In this document: positions 20,192-31,550 of the stretch, piece after piece
How the letters are laid out: each line of letters opens with the position of its first letter
Numbering within the stretch: position 1 is the stretch's first letter
DNA from: an uncultured Holophaga sp.
Lineage (GTDB): Bacteria > Acidobacteriota > Holophagae > Holophagales > Holophagaceae
Length of the DNA: 64,000 bases
Direction: 5' to 3'
Assembly (NCBI GenBank): GCA_963664825.1
Contig: OY761614.1
Location: 896,001-960,000 of the forward strand
Notes under the pieces: generated by a model
Told to the model about the DNA's origin: nothing
Databases searched by the model: none
What the model saw: only the letters and a program-made list of their open reading frames with translations
Position numbers and translations under genes: made by a program

Positions 20192-20256
20192 GCCATCCCT
20201 CCTTGGGTTAGGTTTCAAAGCTATCGACCAGGGCCGCAGGGTGAACCGAGGCCGTC

Positions 20257-20505
20257 TCACAAATACTTTTCGAGGATTCCGTTGAGGTCCTCGAGTTTGA
20301 TCTCCTGGATGAGGGTCTCGCCGATGCGGAGATTGGGCCCGTTCAAACAATGCCCCTCGCAGCGGCTGCCCTTCAGGAGCACCTTGTCCTCGAGCTGGTG
20401 CTCCCGCAGGAACTGGCGAATCACCTGCAGATGCTCGTTATTGCCGCGGGAGAAGCAGGAGCTCCCCAGACAGACGGTCAGCGGAATCTTGGCCTCGTTC
20501 GTCAT
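20257..20505 (-). CDS. Thioredoxin-like [2Fe-2S] protein (HfsA-like)
   Basis: VCLGSSCFSRGN...RCEGHCLNGPN; 82 aa; first gene of the hydrogenase operon. Confidence 0.87.
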   Translation of the reverse strand: MTNEAKIPLTVCLGSSCFSRGNNEHLQVIRQFLREHQLEDKVLLKGSRCEGHCLNGPNLRIGETLIQEIKLEDLNGILEKYL

Positions 20506-20546
20506 ATCGCCTCGGCTCTTCGATGCCGCGTCGCGGGGCATCCGTT

Positions 20547-20614
20547 ATCGAGAATTTTATATCGAGATTTTTTTCTCGATAACCTAGATTTGCATCCACC
20601 CTTCGCCCTGTCAA
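20547..20614 (-). promoter_or_regulatory. Promoter of the hfs/adhE operon with two overlapping palindromic operator sites
   Basis: Minus strand TTGACA (20614-20609), 17 bp, TGn-AAATCT (-10 at 20591-20586). Sites TATCGAGA-N6-TCTCGATA (20560-20581) and ATCGAGAATTTTATATCGAG (20547-20566). Confidence 0.7.
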
Positions 20615-20712
20615 GCCCCTGCCCAGGAGAGGCCTAGACACAACGAAACCGGGCGCATCGAGCCCCATGAGGGGACAGAATGGCCCGGCTTCTCGGCGGA
20701 GCTAGGTTGGAA

Positions 20713-21099
20713 CTAAGCCTCGAGTTCACTCGTGCAGAACTTGCAGCGGGTGGCGGCCTTGGGCACGGTCTCCAGGCAGCGGGGGCAGGTCTTGATGTCT
20801 GCAGCCCCCTCCTTCTTCTTGGTCACGGCGGCCAACCCCTTCACGAAGACCAAGAAAACCACCAGGGCGATCAGGAGGAAATCGATGATCGCGCCCAGGA
20901 GGGTGCCCACCTGGAACTTGCCGACCATGAAGGCCTGCCAGTCACCGGCGGGGAGTACGTAGCTCACCAGGGGCATGATGAGCCCCCCGACGAAGGCCGT
21001 CACGATCTTGCCGAAGGCGCCGCCCAGGACCACGGCCACGGCTAGGTCCACCACATTACCCTTGGCCACGAAGGCCTTGAACTCCTGAATCAACGACAT
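20713..21099 (-). CDS. mscL: Large-conductance mechanosensitive channel with C-terminal CxxC..CxxC
   Basis: EFKAFVAKGNVVDLAVAVVLGGAFGKIV, IIDFLLIA; C-terminus CPRC..CKFC. Confidence 0.95.
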   Translation of the reverse strand: MSLIQEFKAFVAKGNVVDLAVAVVLGGAFGKIVTAFVGGLIMPLVSYVLPAGDWQAFMVGKFQVGTLLGAIIDFLLIALVVFLVFVKGLAAVTKKKEGAADIKTCPRCLETVPKAATRCKFCTSELEA

Positions 21100-21155
21100 C
21101 GATTCCTCCCGGAAAATGAGCGCCACCGAAGCATCTGCGGCGCAAAGACAAAGGA

Positions 21156-22256
21156 TTACTGGGCCTTGGCCTTCGAAGCGGGAGTTTCCTCCACCGAAGT
21201 CTCGTGTTTGCGGACTTCGACGTTCTCGCCCTGAACCTTCACGTCGATCTCGACCCGGCGGTTCTTGGCCTGCCCAGCTTTGGTCTTGTTTTCTGTGATA
21301 GGTCGATCGGGACCGATGCCTTCGCTCTTAATGGAAGTCGCGGGAATGCCCGCACCGACGAGCACCTTGACCACCGCATCAGCCCGGCGCTTGCCGAGGC
21401 TCTTGTTGAGGGCCACGCTGCCCACAGAAGACGTGTGGCCGCTCACCACCAGCGTGTAATCACCCTTGTAGTCCTTGAGGCTCTCGGCGACCTTCTGCAC
21501 GGCCTGGACGCCCTCCAGGGAGAGGGCGGCCTTGCCGTTGGCGAAGTGCAGCACTGCCTCGTCCAGGATGATCTTTGCGGGTGGAGGTGGCGGCACAGGC
21601 TTCGCATCCTCGATGGGTTGAACGGGAGCCGGAACCGGCTCTGGGGGTGGCGGAGGAACGGCCTTCACTTCCTCCACGGGTTTGGGAGGCTCGGGCGCGG
21701 GTGCCGGCGGAGGAGGAGGCGTCGCGACCGTGCGCCCACCCCCCCAGCGGTATCCGAGGCCCAGGAGGGCCATGTACTCGCTCCGGCTCGTATCCGTCTC
21801 AATCCGCACGGCCCGTGCCTCCAAGCTGGCGATGAAATTCGCCGCCAGATGGGCCTGGACGCCCAGACCGCCGTGGAAATTGAAGCGGGTCGTGGTGTCG
21901 GTCGAGTAGGAATACGGGCTCTCCATCTGAGTGCCGCCGAGGCCCAGGCGCAGGTAGGGGAACCAGGTCGTCCCGCCGGGATTGAAGTTCATGAGGCCCG
22001 ATAGGAAACCGTGCGTTTCCCGGCCGCTTGGAATGCCACCCTTTCCGTCCAGGTCGGTGTTGAGGGCAGAGAACTCCACGCCCCAGCGATCCGTGATCCA
22101 GGTGCCAAGTCCGAGGCCGTAACCGAAACCATCCTTGATGTGAGAGCTGTCCTGGACGATGTAGGCCCCCTGGGCCTGGACCCATTTGGTGCCTTCCTGG
22201 GCGAACAGACTCCCGGTGGTAGCCAGCAACAGGGCGGTTATGACTGTAACTCTCAT
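21156..22256 (-). CDS. OmpA-family outer membrane protein
   Basis: Signal peptide, beta-barrel, Pro-rich linker, OmpA C domain (GHT..N..LGKRRA..NRRVEI). Confidence 0.93.
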   Translation of the reverse strand: MRVTVITALLLATTGSLFAQEGTKWVQAQGAYIVQDSSHIKDGFGYGLGLGTWITDRWGVEFSALNTDLDGKGGIPSGRETHGFLSGLMNFNPGGTTWFPYLRLGLGGTQMESPYSYSTDTTTRFNFHGGLGVQAHLAANFIASLEARAVRIETDTSRSEYMALLGLGYRWGGGRTVATPPPPPAPAPEPPKPVEEVKAVPPPPPEPVPAPVQPIEDAKPVPPPPPAKIILDEAVLHFANGKAALSLEGVQAVQKVAESLKDYKGDYTLVVSGHTSSVGSVALNKSLGKRRADAVVKVLVGAGIPATSIKSEGIGPDRPITENKTKAGQAKNRRVEIDVKVQGENVEVRKHETSVEETPASKAKAQ

Positions 22257-22290
22257 GCTTTCCTCCTACGGGAACTCAGCTGCGCCTTAA

Positions 22291-22319
22291 AAGCTATTCC
22301 AGCTACTATCGATGGTCAA
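22291..22319 (-). promoter_or_regulatory. Sigma70-type promoter of the OmpA gene
   Basis: Minus strand TTGACC, 17 bp, TAGCTT; AGGAGG RBS downstream. Confidence 0.55.
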
Positions 22320-22347
22320 TGCCTTAAATATACAGCCTGCCACCAGA

Positions 22348-23703
22348 CTATTTGGACCGCTTGGGCCGACTCGTGTAGATCTTGGCAGGTTCTCCTCCCC
22401 CCACCGGCCCCTTCCCGGGCCTGGGGCTTGGTTTCGAGCGGCCAGCAGGCCCCCGCTTGGGCTCCGGGGCCGCGGCCGAACGGGGTTTGAAGACTCGTTT
22501 GTCGCCGGAAGGGCTCCCGGTGCGGGATTGGGACGCGCCCGCAGGCCGCCCTTCCCCAGTGGGACGCTCGGCACGGGAAGGCCTGCCCTCCTTTGAAGGA
22601 AGGGGAGCCTTCCCCTCGGAGCGGGGTCGCGGGGTGGGCTCGGCCTCTTCGGGTTGTTCACCGGCATAGCGCTGGGCGCGTCGCACCCGGTCCAGTTTCC
22701 GTTCCTTGGTGATCTTGGGTTTGTAGATGCCTTCTTCCCCTTGGATCCCGGCTTCGGCCCGCTCCACCCGGCGCTGGGTGCGCAGGAACTTCAAGGCCCC
22801 CTCCATATCCGTGGGCAGGGGCGAGGTGACGGTGACCGGTTCGTCGGTGATGGGATGGCGGAAGCCCAGGATCTCGGCATGCAGGGCCTGCCGGTCCAGG
22901 ATCTCGCTCTTCTGGCCGTAGACCTGGTCCCCCAGCAGCGGGAAGCCGCGGTCCGCGAACTGCACGCGGATCTGGTTGCGGCGGCCGGTCTCCAGCTTGA
23001 CCTCCACCACGGTGTGGCCCGGCAGGCGCTCCAGCACCCGGTAATGGGTGATGGCGGCCTTGGCCCCCTTGTGCTCGTCCTTCTTGGGCTGCACCACGGC
23101 CATTTTCAGATCCTTGCGCTCGATCAGATGACCCAACAGAGTGCCGGCGTTCTCGGGCAGTTCGCCCACCAGGATGGCCTTGTAGACCCGGTTCAGCTTG
23201 TGGGCCCCGAAGGTCGTCTTCAGCCCGTGAAGGGCCTCGGGGGTCTTGGCGAAAACGAGCACGCCGGAGGTGAAGCGGTCCAGGCGATGCACGACGAAGA
23301 GTTTCATGCGCTTGAAGCCCCGGCGCCGGTAGTGATCCGTCAGGGCCTCGGCGAGATTATTCTCCTGGCCCTTCTCGGCCGGCACCGTGAGCAGCCCCGC
23401 GGGCTTATCGACGAAGACCAGATGATGGTCCTCGAAGAGCACCTTGAAGCCCGATTCGTCCAGGGCCTTCCGGGGCTTGGGCAGAGCCTGGTAGGTCCGC
23501 GCCGTATCGAAGGCCACGGCCACTTCGTCCCCGGCCTTCAGGCGCAGGCCGTAGCTGTGGGCCTCGGTGCCATTCACCTTCACGCAACCCGAATCCACGA
23601 GGCCCTTGGCCTGCCGGTGGCTGATTTCCAGAATCGTATGGAGTTCCGCAGCCAGCGCAGTTTCCTCGGCTTCGGCCTGCCAGGTCTTGTTCAATCGTGC
23701 CAT
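22348..23703 (-). CDS. RluA/RluD-family pseudouridine synthase with S4 domain and basic low-complexity tail
   Basis: DKPAGLL, HRLDRFTSG, LETGRRNQIR, QALHA; GGAGG RBS before ATG 23703. Confidence 0.93.
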   Translation of the reverse strand: MARLNKTWQAEAEETALAAELHTILEISHRQAKGLVDSGCVKVNGTEAHSYGLRLKAGDEVAVAFDTARTYQALPKPRKALDESGFKVLFEDHHLVFVDKPAGLLTVPAEKGQENNLAEALTDHYRRRGFKRMKLFVVHRLDRFTSGVLVFAKTPEALHGLKTTFGAHKLNRVYKAILVGELPENAGTLLGHLIERKDLKMAVVQPKKDEHKGAKAAITHYRVLERLPGHTVVEVKLETGRRNQIRVQFADRGFPLLGDQVYGQKSEILDRQALHAEILGFRHPITDEPVTVTSPLPTDMEGALKFLRTQRRVERAEAGIQGEEGIYKPKITKERKLDRVRRAQRYAGEQPEEAEPTPRPRSEGKAPLPSKEGRPSRAERPTGEGRPAGASQSRTGSPSGDKRVFKPRSAAAPEPKRGPAGRSKPSPRPGKGPVGGGEPAKIYTSRPKRSK

Positions 23704-23778
23704 ATGCACCTCCGGGCCCGGCGTTCATCGGAACGCTGCGCGAACTTCCAGTAGATCATCCAATTGGGAAATCCCCCA

Positions 23779-23815
23779 ATAAAAACAGCGGCGGCAAAGC
23801 CGCCGCTGTTTTTAT
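23779..23815. terminator. Perfect inverted-repeat intrinsic terminator after the M16 peptidase
   Basis: ATAAAAACAGCGGCGGC-AAA-GCCGCCGCTGTTTTTAT. Confidence 0.9.
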
Positions 23816-23828
23816 ATCGAAGGGATTG

Positions 23829-26639
<2,811 letters not shown>

Positions 26640-26742
26640 CGAAGGACTCCAAAAGAATTGGGTGAGAAGGCGGGACGGATGGGATTTGACCAGACTCTAT
26701 CCCTGGTGGGATCAGGAGCCGTCACGCTTATGTAAAGTTGTG

Positions 26743-27342
26743 TTAAACCGACAAAAGTTCCCCGAGCTGCCGCTCCCAGCCTGCCTGGAGATCGCTCAGT
26801 TTCAGACCCTTCCCCTTCCCCGGCGCGGCCTGGAGGAGGCCCTGGGCCGAAGGGTGCGGCAGAGTGCAGAGTTCGAAGAGGGGGTCCTGGATCCGCAGGA
26901 ACAGCCACTCGGCCCGCTTTCCCATGGCGATGACGCGGAGGGTCCCAGGGCAGCGCGCCGCGGCCACGGACAGTTCCTGTCCGATCCGGGCCAGGTTTTC
27001 AGGAGAAGCCAGTTCCCGGTCCGTAGGCGCCTTGAAGGTCTGGCCATCGCGAGTGGGACAGCGGGGAAAGGCGTTGCTGAGGGCCACACCCCAGAGGAGA
27101 GGCGCCAGGCCGCGCGCCTTCATGCGCGCCCCATCCCAGTCCTCGTAGGCTTCAGGGGGCACCTGGGCCATGCCCGCCGCTTCCAGCCCCCGAAACACCG
27201 AGCGCCCCGCCCGGTCGCCCCAGAAGGGGATCCCACTCTTATCGGCCCCCAGGGGTCCCGGGGCCTCCCCGAAGAGCATGACGCGCACGGAGCCCTCCAG
27301 GGGAAAGAGGGGTCTCACGGGAGTCTGAAAAATGCGATCCAT
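26743..27342 (-). CDS. Uracil-DNA glycosylase superfamily protein
   Basis: GEAPG..GA..SGIPFWGD, SNAFPRCP, C-terminal HPS. Start set at MDRIFQ. Confidence 0.8.
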   Translation of the reverse strand: MDRIFQTPVRPLFPLEGSVRVMLFGEAPGPLGADKSGIPFWGDRAGRSVFRGLEAAGMAQVPPEAYEDWDGARMKARGLAPLLWGVALSNAFPRCPTRDGQTFKAPTDRELASPENLARIGQELSVAAARCPGTLRVIAMGKRAEWLFLRIQDPLFELCTLPHPSAQGLLQAAPGKGKGLKLSDLQAGWERQLGELLSV

Positions 27343-27396
27343 GGCATAAGTTTGCCATAGGCCTATCATGGATGGTGCGCCGTCCTGGAGGCCCCG

Positions 27397-27603
27397 ATGC
27401 GCCTGGCAGCCCCGGCGGAGGCTCGACCCATCCCCCCCGCCCCGAATCCCGAACCCCACAAGAAAGCCGTTCCAAGTCCCCGGGGACAAGTCTTGATCTT
27501 CACCCTCCGGGAGGAATGCCCTGCCCGCCTGGGCCCCGAGGACCTGAGCGATCCCCGCCGCTACCATCAGCGGCTCCAAGAGTGGCTGCTGCGGCAGAAG
27601 TAG
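27397..27603 (+). CDS. Small hypothetical protein (68 aa)
   Basis: GGAGG at 27387-27391 before the ATG; fills the gap between the UDG gene and the end of metH. Confidence 0.5.
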   Translation: MRLAAPAEARPIPPAPNPEPHKKAVPSPRGQVLIFTLREECPARLGPEDLSDPRRYHQRLQEWLLRQK

Positions 27604-27796
27604 GGCGGCGACGGGAGACTTCCATACGCCGCCACTCGTGTCGGCGGCTATCGGGAGATGCACCTTCGAGTCGGGCACTCCCGGACGCCCTGCGTCCCAG
27701 TTTGGCCTTCGGCCAAGCCTGGTTCGCAGGGCTCTACGCCATCGCCTTCGGCCTCGTCGCCCCCCCTTCGGGGGCAGGCTTCCGGGAGCTGCACCC

Positions 27797-30700
27797 TTAA
27801 ACCGCGAAGTACCGGGCCTGGGGATGCCAGGCCACCAGGGCGCTGGTGGCATATTCGGGCACCATCTGGAAGCCTTCGGTGAGTTTTACGCCGATGGCCT
27901 GCCCGTCCAGCAGCTCCAGCAGCTGCCCGTTCCCTTCCAGATCCGGGCAGGCGGGATACCCGAAGGAGTAGCGCGAGCCCTGGTAGCCCTGACTGAAGAG
28001 CTGGCGGCGTTCCTTCGAATCGCTCCCATGGATGCCCAGTTCCCGGCGGATGCGCCCGTGCAGGAGCTCTGCGTAGGCCTCCGTGAGTTCCGTGGCCAGC
28101 CCGTGGTAGGTGAAGTAATCGGCATAGCGGTCCGCGGCGAAGAGTTCGGTGGCAAAGTCCGCGGCCTCCTGCCCGAGGCTCACCAATTGCAGGCCCAGCA
28201 CATCGAAGCGACCCACAGCGGCGGGCCTGAAGAAATCCGGAATGCTGAGGCGGCGCCCCCCTTCTTGGCGGGGGAAGGCCATATCCAGCAGCACCCGGCT
28301 ACGGTCCTGGGGATCGAAGACTCGCAGGGTATCGCCCTGGGCCTGGACGGGGAAGTAGCCGTAGCGGGCCCGAGGTTTCAAGAACGGCTCCGAGAGGAGG
28401 CGGCGCTTCCAGGTCTCCAGCAGGGGTTCGGCCTTCTCCCTCAGCACGGCCTCGAAGGCGGCATCGCTGAGCCTGCCTTGGGTGAAGGACCAGCGATCCC
28501 GGATCACCACGAATTCGTCCAGGAAACCGAAGAGTTCCTCGGGGCCGTGGCTCAATTCCCGCACACCCCAGAAGGGGGGCTCGGGCACGGCCTCCTCCCG
28601 CTGCACCCAGGCGCTCTGGCCGGTGGGGGTGAGGGGCGTAGATTCGGCGCCCCGATGGAGCACGGTGATGCCCGGCAGGGCCTCCCCGGGCCCGGTGGGC
28701 GCCCCCAGGGATTTCCCTTCGGCCAGGGCCTGCATGTGGCGCAGGCCCTCGAAGGCGTCGGCCGCATAGCGCACGTCACCGGTGGTATAGACCCGGCGGC
28801 ACTCTGTCTCTACATAGTCCCGGGTGAGGGCGGCGCCCCCCAGGATCACGGGCACCCCATAGCCCTGCTCGGCCATGAAGGCCAGGTTCTCCCGCATGAT
28901 CACGGTGGACTTCACCAGCAGGCCCGAGAGCCCGATGGCATCCGCGGGCCAAGCCTCCAAGGCCTTGAGGATGTCCTCGATGGACATCTTGATGCCCAGG
29001 TTCTTCACCTCGAAGCCGTTATTGCTGAGGATGATATCCACCAGGTTCTTCCCGATATCGTGGACGTCTCCCTTCACTGTGGCCAGCAGCATGCGCCCCT
29101 TGGTATAGGCGCCAGCCTTGGGCAGATGGGGCTGGAGGCGTTGGATGGCCACCTTCATGGCCTCGGCGCTCTCCAGGACGAAGGGCAGCTGCATCTCCCC
29201 GGCCCCGAAGCGCTCGCCCACCACCTTCATGCCATCCAGTAGCACATCGTTGAGGAGATGCAGGGCCTCGCGGTCCTTCAGCGCCTCGTCCATATCGGCC
29301 GGAATGCGCCCCTTCTCGCCATCGATGATGTCCAGGCGCAGGCGCTCCTCCACATCCAGATCGCCGAGATCGGCCCCGGAGCGCTTCACGCTCTTCACGC
29401 CGCTGAAGACCTCCAGCACGGCCTTGAGCGGATCGTAGCCCTCCCGGCGCCGATCGAAGAGCAGATCCTCCACCACCTCCCGCTGCTTCGGATCGATCTT
29501 GGCCACGGGAATGACCTTGCCCGAATTGAAGATGGCCATGTCCAGACCCGCCTTCACTCCGTGATAGAGCATGAGGGCGTTCACCACGTGCCGGGTGGCG
29601 GGGCTGAGGCCGAAGCTGATGTTCGAAACACCCAATATGGTCAGGACGCCGGGCAGTTCCCTCTTGATGTCCTCGATGGCTCCAAGGGTCTCCAGGGCGG
29701 CGGAACGGAATCCCTCCTCCCCGCTGCCCAGGGTGAAGGTCAGGGTGTCCAGGATCAGATCGGAGGGATGGAAGCCGTATTCCTCCACCACGAGGCGATG
29801 GAGTCTCCGGGCCACGGCCAGCTTGCGTTCGCGGGTCTTGGCCATGCCCGTCTCGTCGATGGTCAGGCCCACCACCGCGGCTCCGTAGCGCTTGCAGAGA
29901 TCCAGCACCTTCCGGGCCTTGGCCTCGCCATCCTCGAAATTGATGGAATTGACCATGCACTTGCCGGGAGCGGCCTGGAGGGCGGCCTCGATGGCGGCCA
30001 CCTCCGTGCTATCGACCATGAGGGGCAGCGTCACCTGGGTGGCCAGACGGCGCACGTACTCCGCCATATCCTGGGCCTCGTCCCGTCCCACGTAGGCCAC
30101 GCACACATCCAGCATGTGCGCGCCCTCCTTCTGCTGAGCGCGAGCGATGGAGACCAGGCCATCCCAGTCCTCCTGGGCCAATAGTTCACGGAAGGCCTTG
30201 CTGCCATTGGCGTTGGTGCGTTCCCCCACGATGGCGGGAGCGGGGTCCTGGCGCAGGGGCACGCTCACATAGAGGCTCGAGACGCTGCCCTCGGCGGCCA
30301 CCCGGCGGGGACGCGGCGCGGGCAGGCCCTCCAGGCGGGCGGCCAGGGCGCGGATATGCTCCGGCATCGTGCCGCAGCAGCCGCCGGTGATGGAAAGCCC
30401 GTACTCGCCCACATGATGGACCACCTTCTCGGCGAAGAGTTCCGGGGTCATGGGGTAGACCAGCTGGCCGCCATCATTCACGGGCAGACCCGCATTGGGT
30501 AGACAGCTGATGGTAAACGGGCTCAGCTCATGGAGGGCCTGCAGGGGAGCCCGCATCTCGTCGGGACCCGTGCCGCAATTGAGGCCCAGCACGTCCACGT
30601 CCAGGGCCTCGATGGCCGTGATGACGGCCGCCATCTCGGAGCCCAGCAGGAGGGTGCCCGAGCTCTCCACCGTCACTTGGGCCCAGAGGGGGATCCGCAC

Positions 30701-31237
30701 CCGCTGTGCGGCCATGGCATCCCGGGCCGCGGCCACGGCCAGTTTCACCTGGCCCAGATCCTGGCTGGTCTCGATGAGGATGGCATCGGCGCCGCCTTTC
30801 ACCAGGCCCCGCATCTGGGCCAGGTAGCTGCGGTAGAGCTGGGCATAGGTGATGTGCCCGAGGGTAATGAGCTTGGTGCCGGGCCCCACGCTGCCGATGA
30901 CGAAGCGGGGCCGGTCGTAGGAACGCGCCACCTCCCGGGCCAGCCGCACCGCTTCGATATTGAGTGCCTCGGCGCGCTCAGGGATGCCGAAGTCCGCCAG
31001 CACCACCTCGTTGGCCCCGAAGGTATTGGTCTCCACCGCATCGGAGCCCGCGTCGAAATAGGCCTGATGGATGGCCTGGATCCATTCGGGGCGGCGCTCC
31101 GAAAGCAGTTCCATGCAGCCTTCCAGCGCCTGCCCCCCGAAGTCGTCGGCGGTGGGTTTGCGCAGCAGGATCTGGGTTCCCATGCCGCCATCCAGGAGGA
31201 GCGGCCTTTGAAGGAGGAGGGAGGCTAGGGAAGTCAT
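27797..31237 (-). CDS. metH: Cobalamin-dependent methionine synthase
   Basis: DGGMGT, GLNC, GGCCGT, VGERTNANGSK, DVHDIGKN, SGLL and RYSFGYPACP; all domains present. Confidence 0.97.
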   Translation of the reverse strand: MTSLASLLLQRPLLLDGGMGTQILLRKPTADDFGGQALEGCMELLSERRPEWIQAIHQAYFDAGSDAVETNTFGANEVVLADFGIPERAEALNIEAVRLAREVARSYDRPRFVIGSVGPGTKLITLGHITYAQLYRSYLAQMRGLVKGGADAILIETSQDLGQVKLAVAAARDAMAAQRVRIPLWAQVTVESSGTLLLGSEMAAVITAIEALDVDVLGLNCGTGPDEMRAPLQALHELSPFTISCLPNAGLPVNDGGQLVYPMTPELFAEKVVHHVGEYGLSITGGCCGTMPEHIRALAARLEGLPAPRPRRVAAEGSVSSLYVSVPLRQDPAPAIVGERTNANGSKAFRELLAQEDWDGLVSIARAQQKEGAHMLDVCVAYVGRDEAQDMAEYVRRLATQVTLPLMVDSTEVAAIEAALQAAPGKCMVNSINFEDGEAKARKVLDLCKRYGAAVVGLTIDETGMAKTRERKLAVARRLHRLVVEEYGFHPSDLILDTLTFTLGSGEEGFRSAALETLGAIEDIKRELPGVLTILGVSNISFGLSPATRHVVNALMLYHGVKAGLDMAIFNSGKVIPVAKIDPKQREVVEDLLFDRRREGYDPLKAVLEVFSGVKSVKRSGADLGDLDVEERLRLDIIDGEKGRIPADMDEALKDREALHLLNDVLLDGMKVVGERFGAGEMQLPFVLESAEAMKVAIQRLQPHLPKAGAYTKGRMLLATVKGDVHDIGKNLVDIILSNNGFEVKNLGIKMSIEDILKALEAWPADAIGLSGLLVKSTVIMRENLAFMAEQGYGVPVILGGAALTRDYVETECRRVYTTGDVRYAADAFEGLRHMQALAEGKSLGAPTGPGEALPGITVLHRGAESTPLTPTGQSAWVQREEAVPEPPFWGVRELSHGPEELFGFLDEFVVIRDRWSFTQGRLSDAAFEAVLREKAEPLLETWKRRLLSEPFLKPRARYGYFPVQAQGDTLRVFDPQDRSRVLLDMAFPRQEGGRRLSIPDFFRPAAVGRFDVLGLQLVSLGQEAADFATELFAADRYADYFTYHGLATELTEAYAELLHGRIRRELGIHGSDSKERRQLFSQGYQGSRYSFGYPACPDLEGNGQLLELLDGQAIGVKLTEGFQMVPEYATSALVAWHPQARYFAV

Positions 31238-31259
31238 AGAGGCGTTTCCATGGAGAGGG

Positions 31260-31550
31260 CTAAAGCCCAAGGTATTCGATCTCGAGATCCCCCTCCACCC
31301 GCAGTTGGCAGGCTAGGCGGTGATCGGAGGGGGCCTCGAGGGAGGCCAGGCAATCCCGTTCCTCGGGACTCGGCCTGGAGGCATGTTCCAGGCCGCGGGC
31401 CACGCGCACCCGGCAGGTGCCGCAGGAACCCGAGCCGCATCCGAAGGTGATATCGGCACCGGCAGCCTCGGCGATTTGACGCAGAGAGGCCCCCCTGGGG
31501 GCCTCCACCAGGAGGTCCTCCCTCAGGAAATGGACCTTCACCTGGGTCAT
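31260..31550 (-). CDS. [2Fe-2S] ferredoxin
   Basis: FGCGSGSCGTC...RLACQ; 96 aa; ATGA overlap with the yitJ stop. Confidence 0.9.
   Translation of the reverse strand: MTQVKVHFLREDLLVEAPRGASLRQIAEAAGADITFGCGSGSCGTCRVRVARGLEHASRPSPEERDCLASLEAPSDHRLACQLRVEGDLEIEYLGL

Noticed and set aside
27342..27355. Sigma-54 promoter TGGCA...TTGC
   Set aside because: GG-to-GC spacing is 9 nt, not the required 10.
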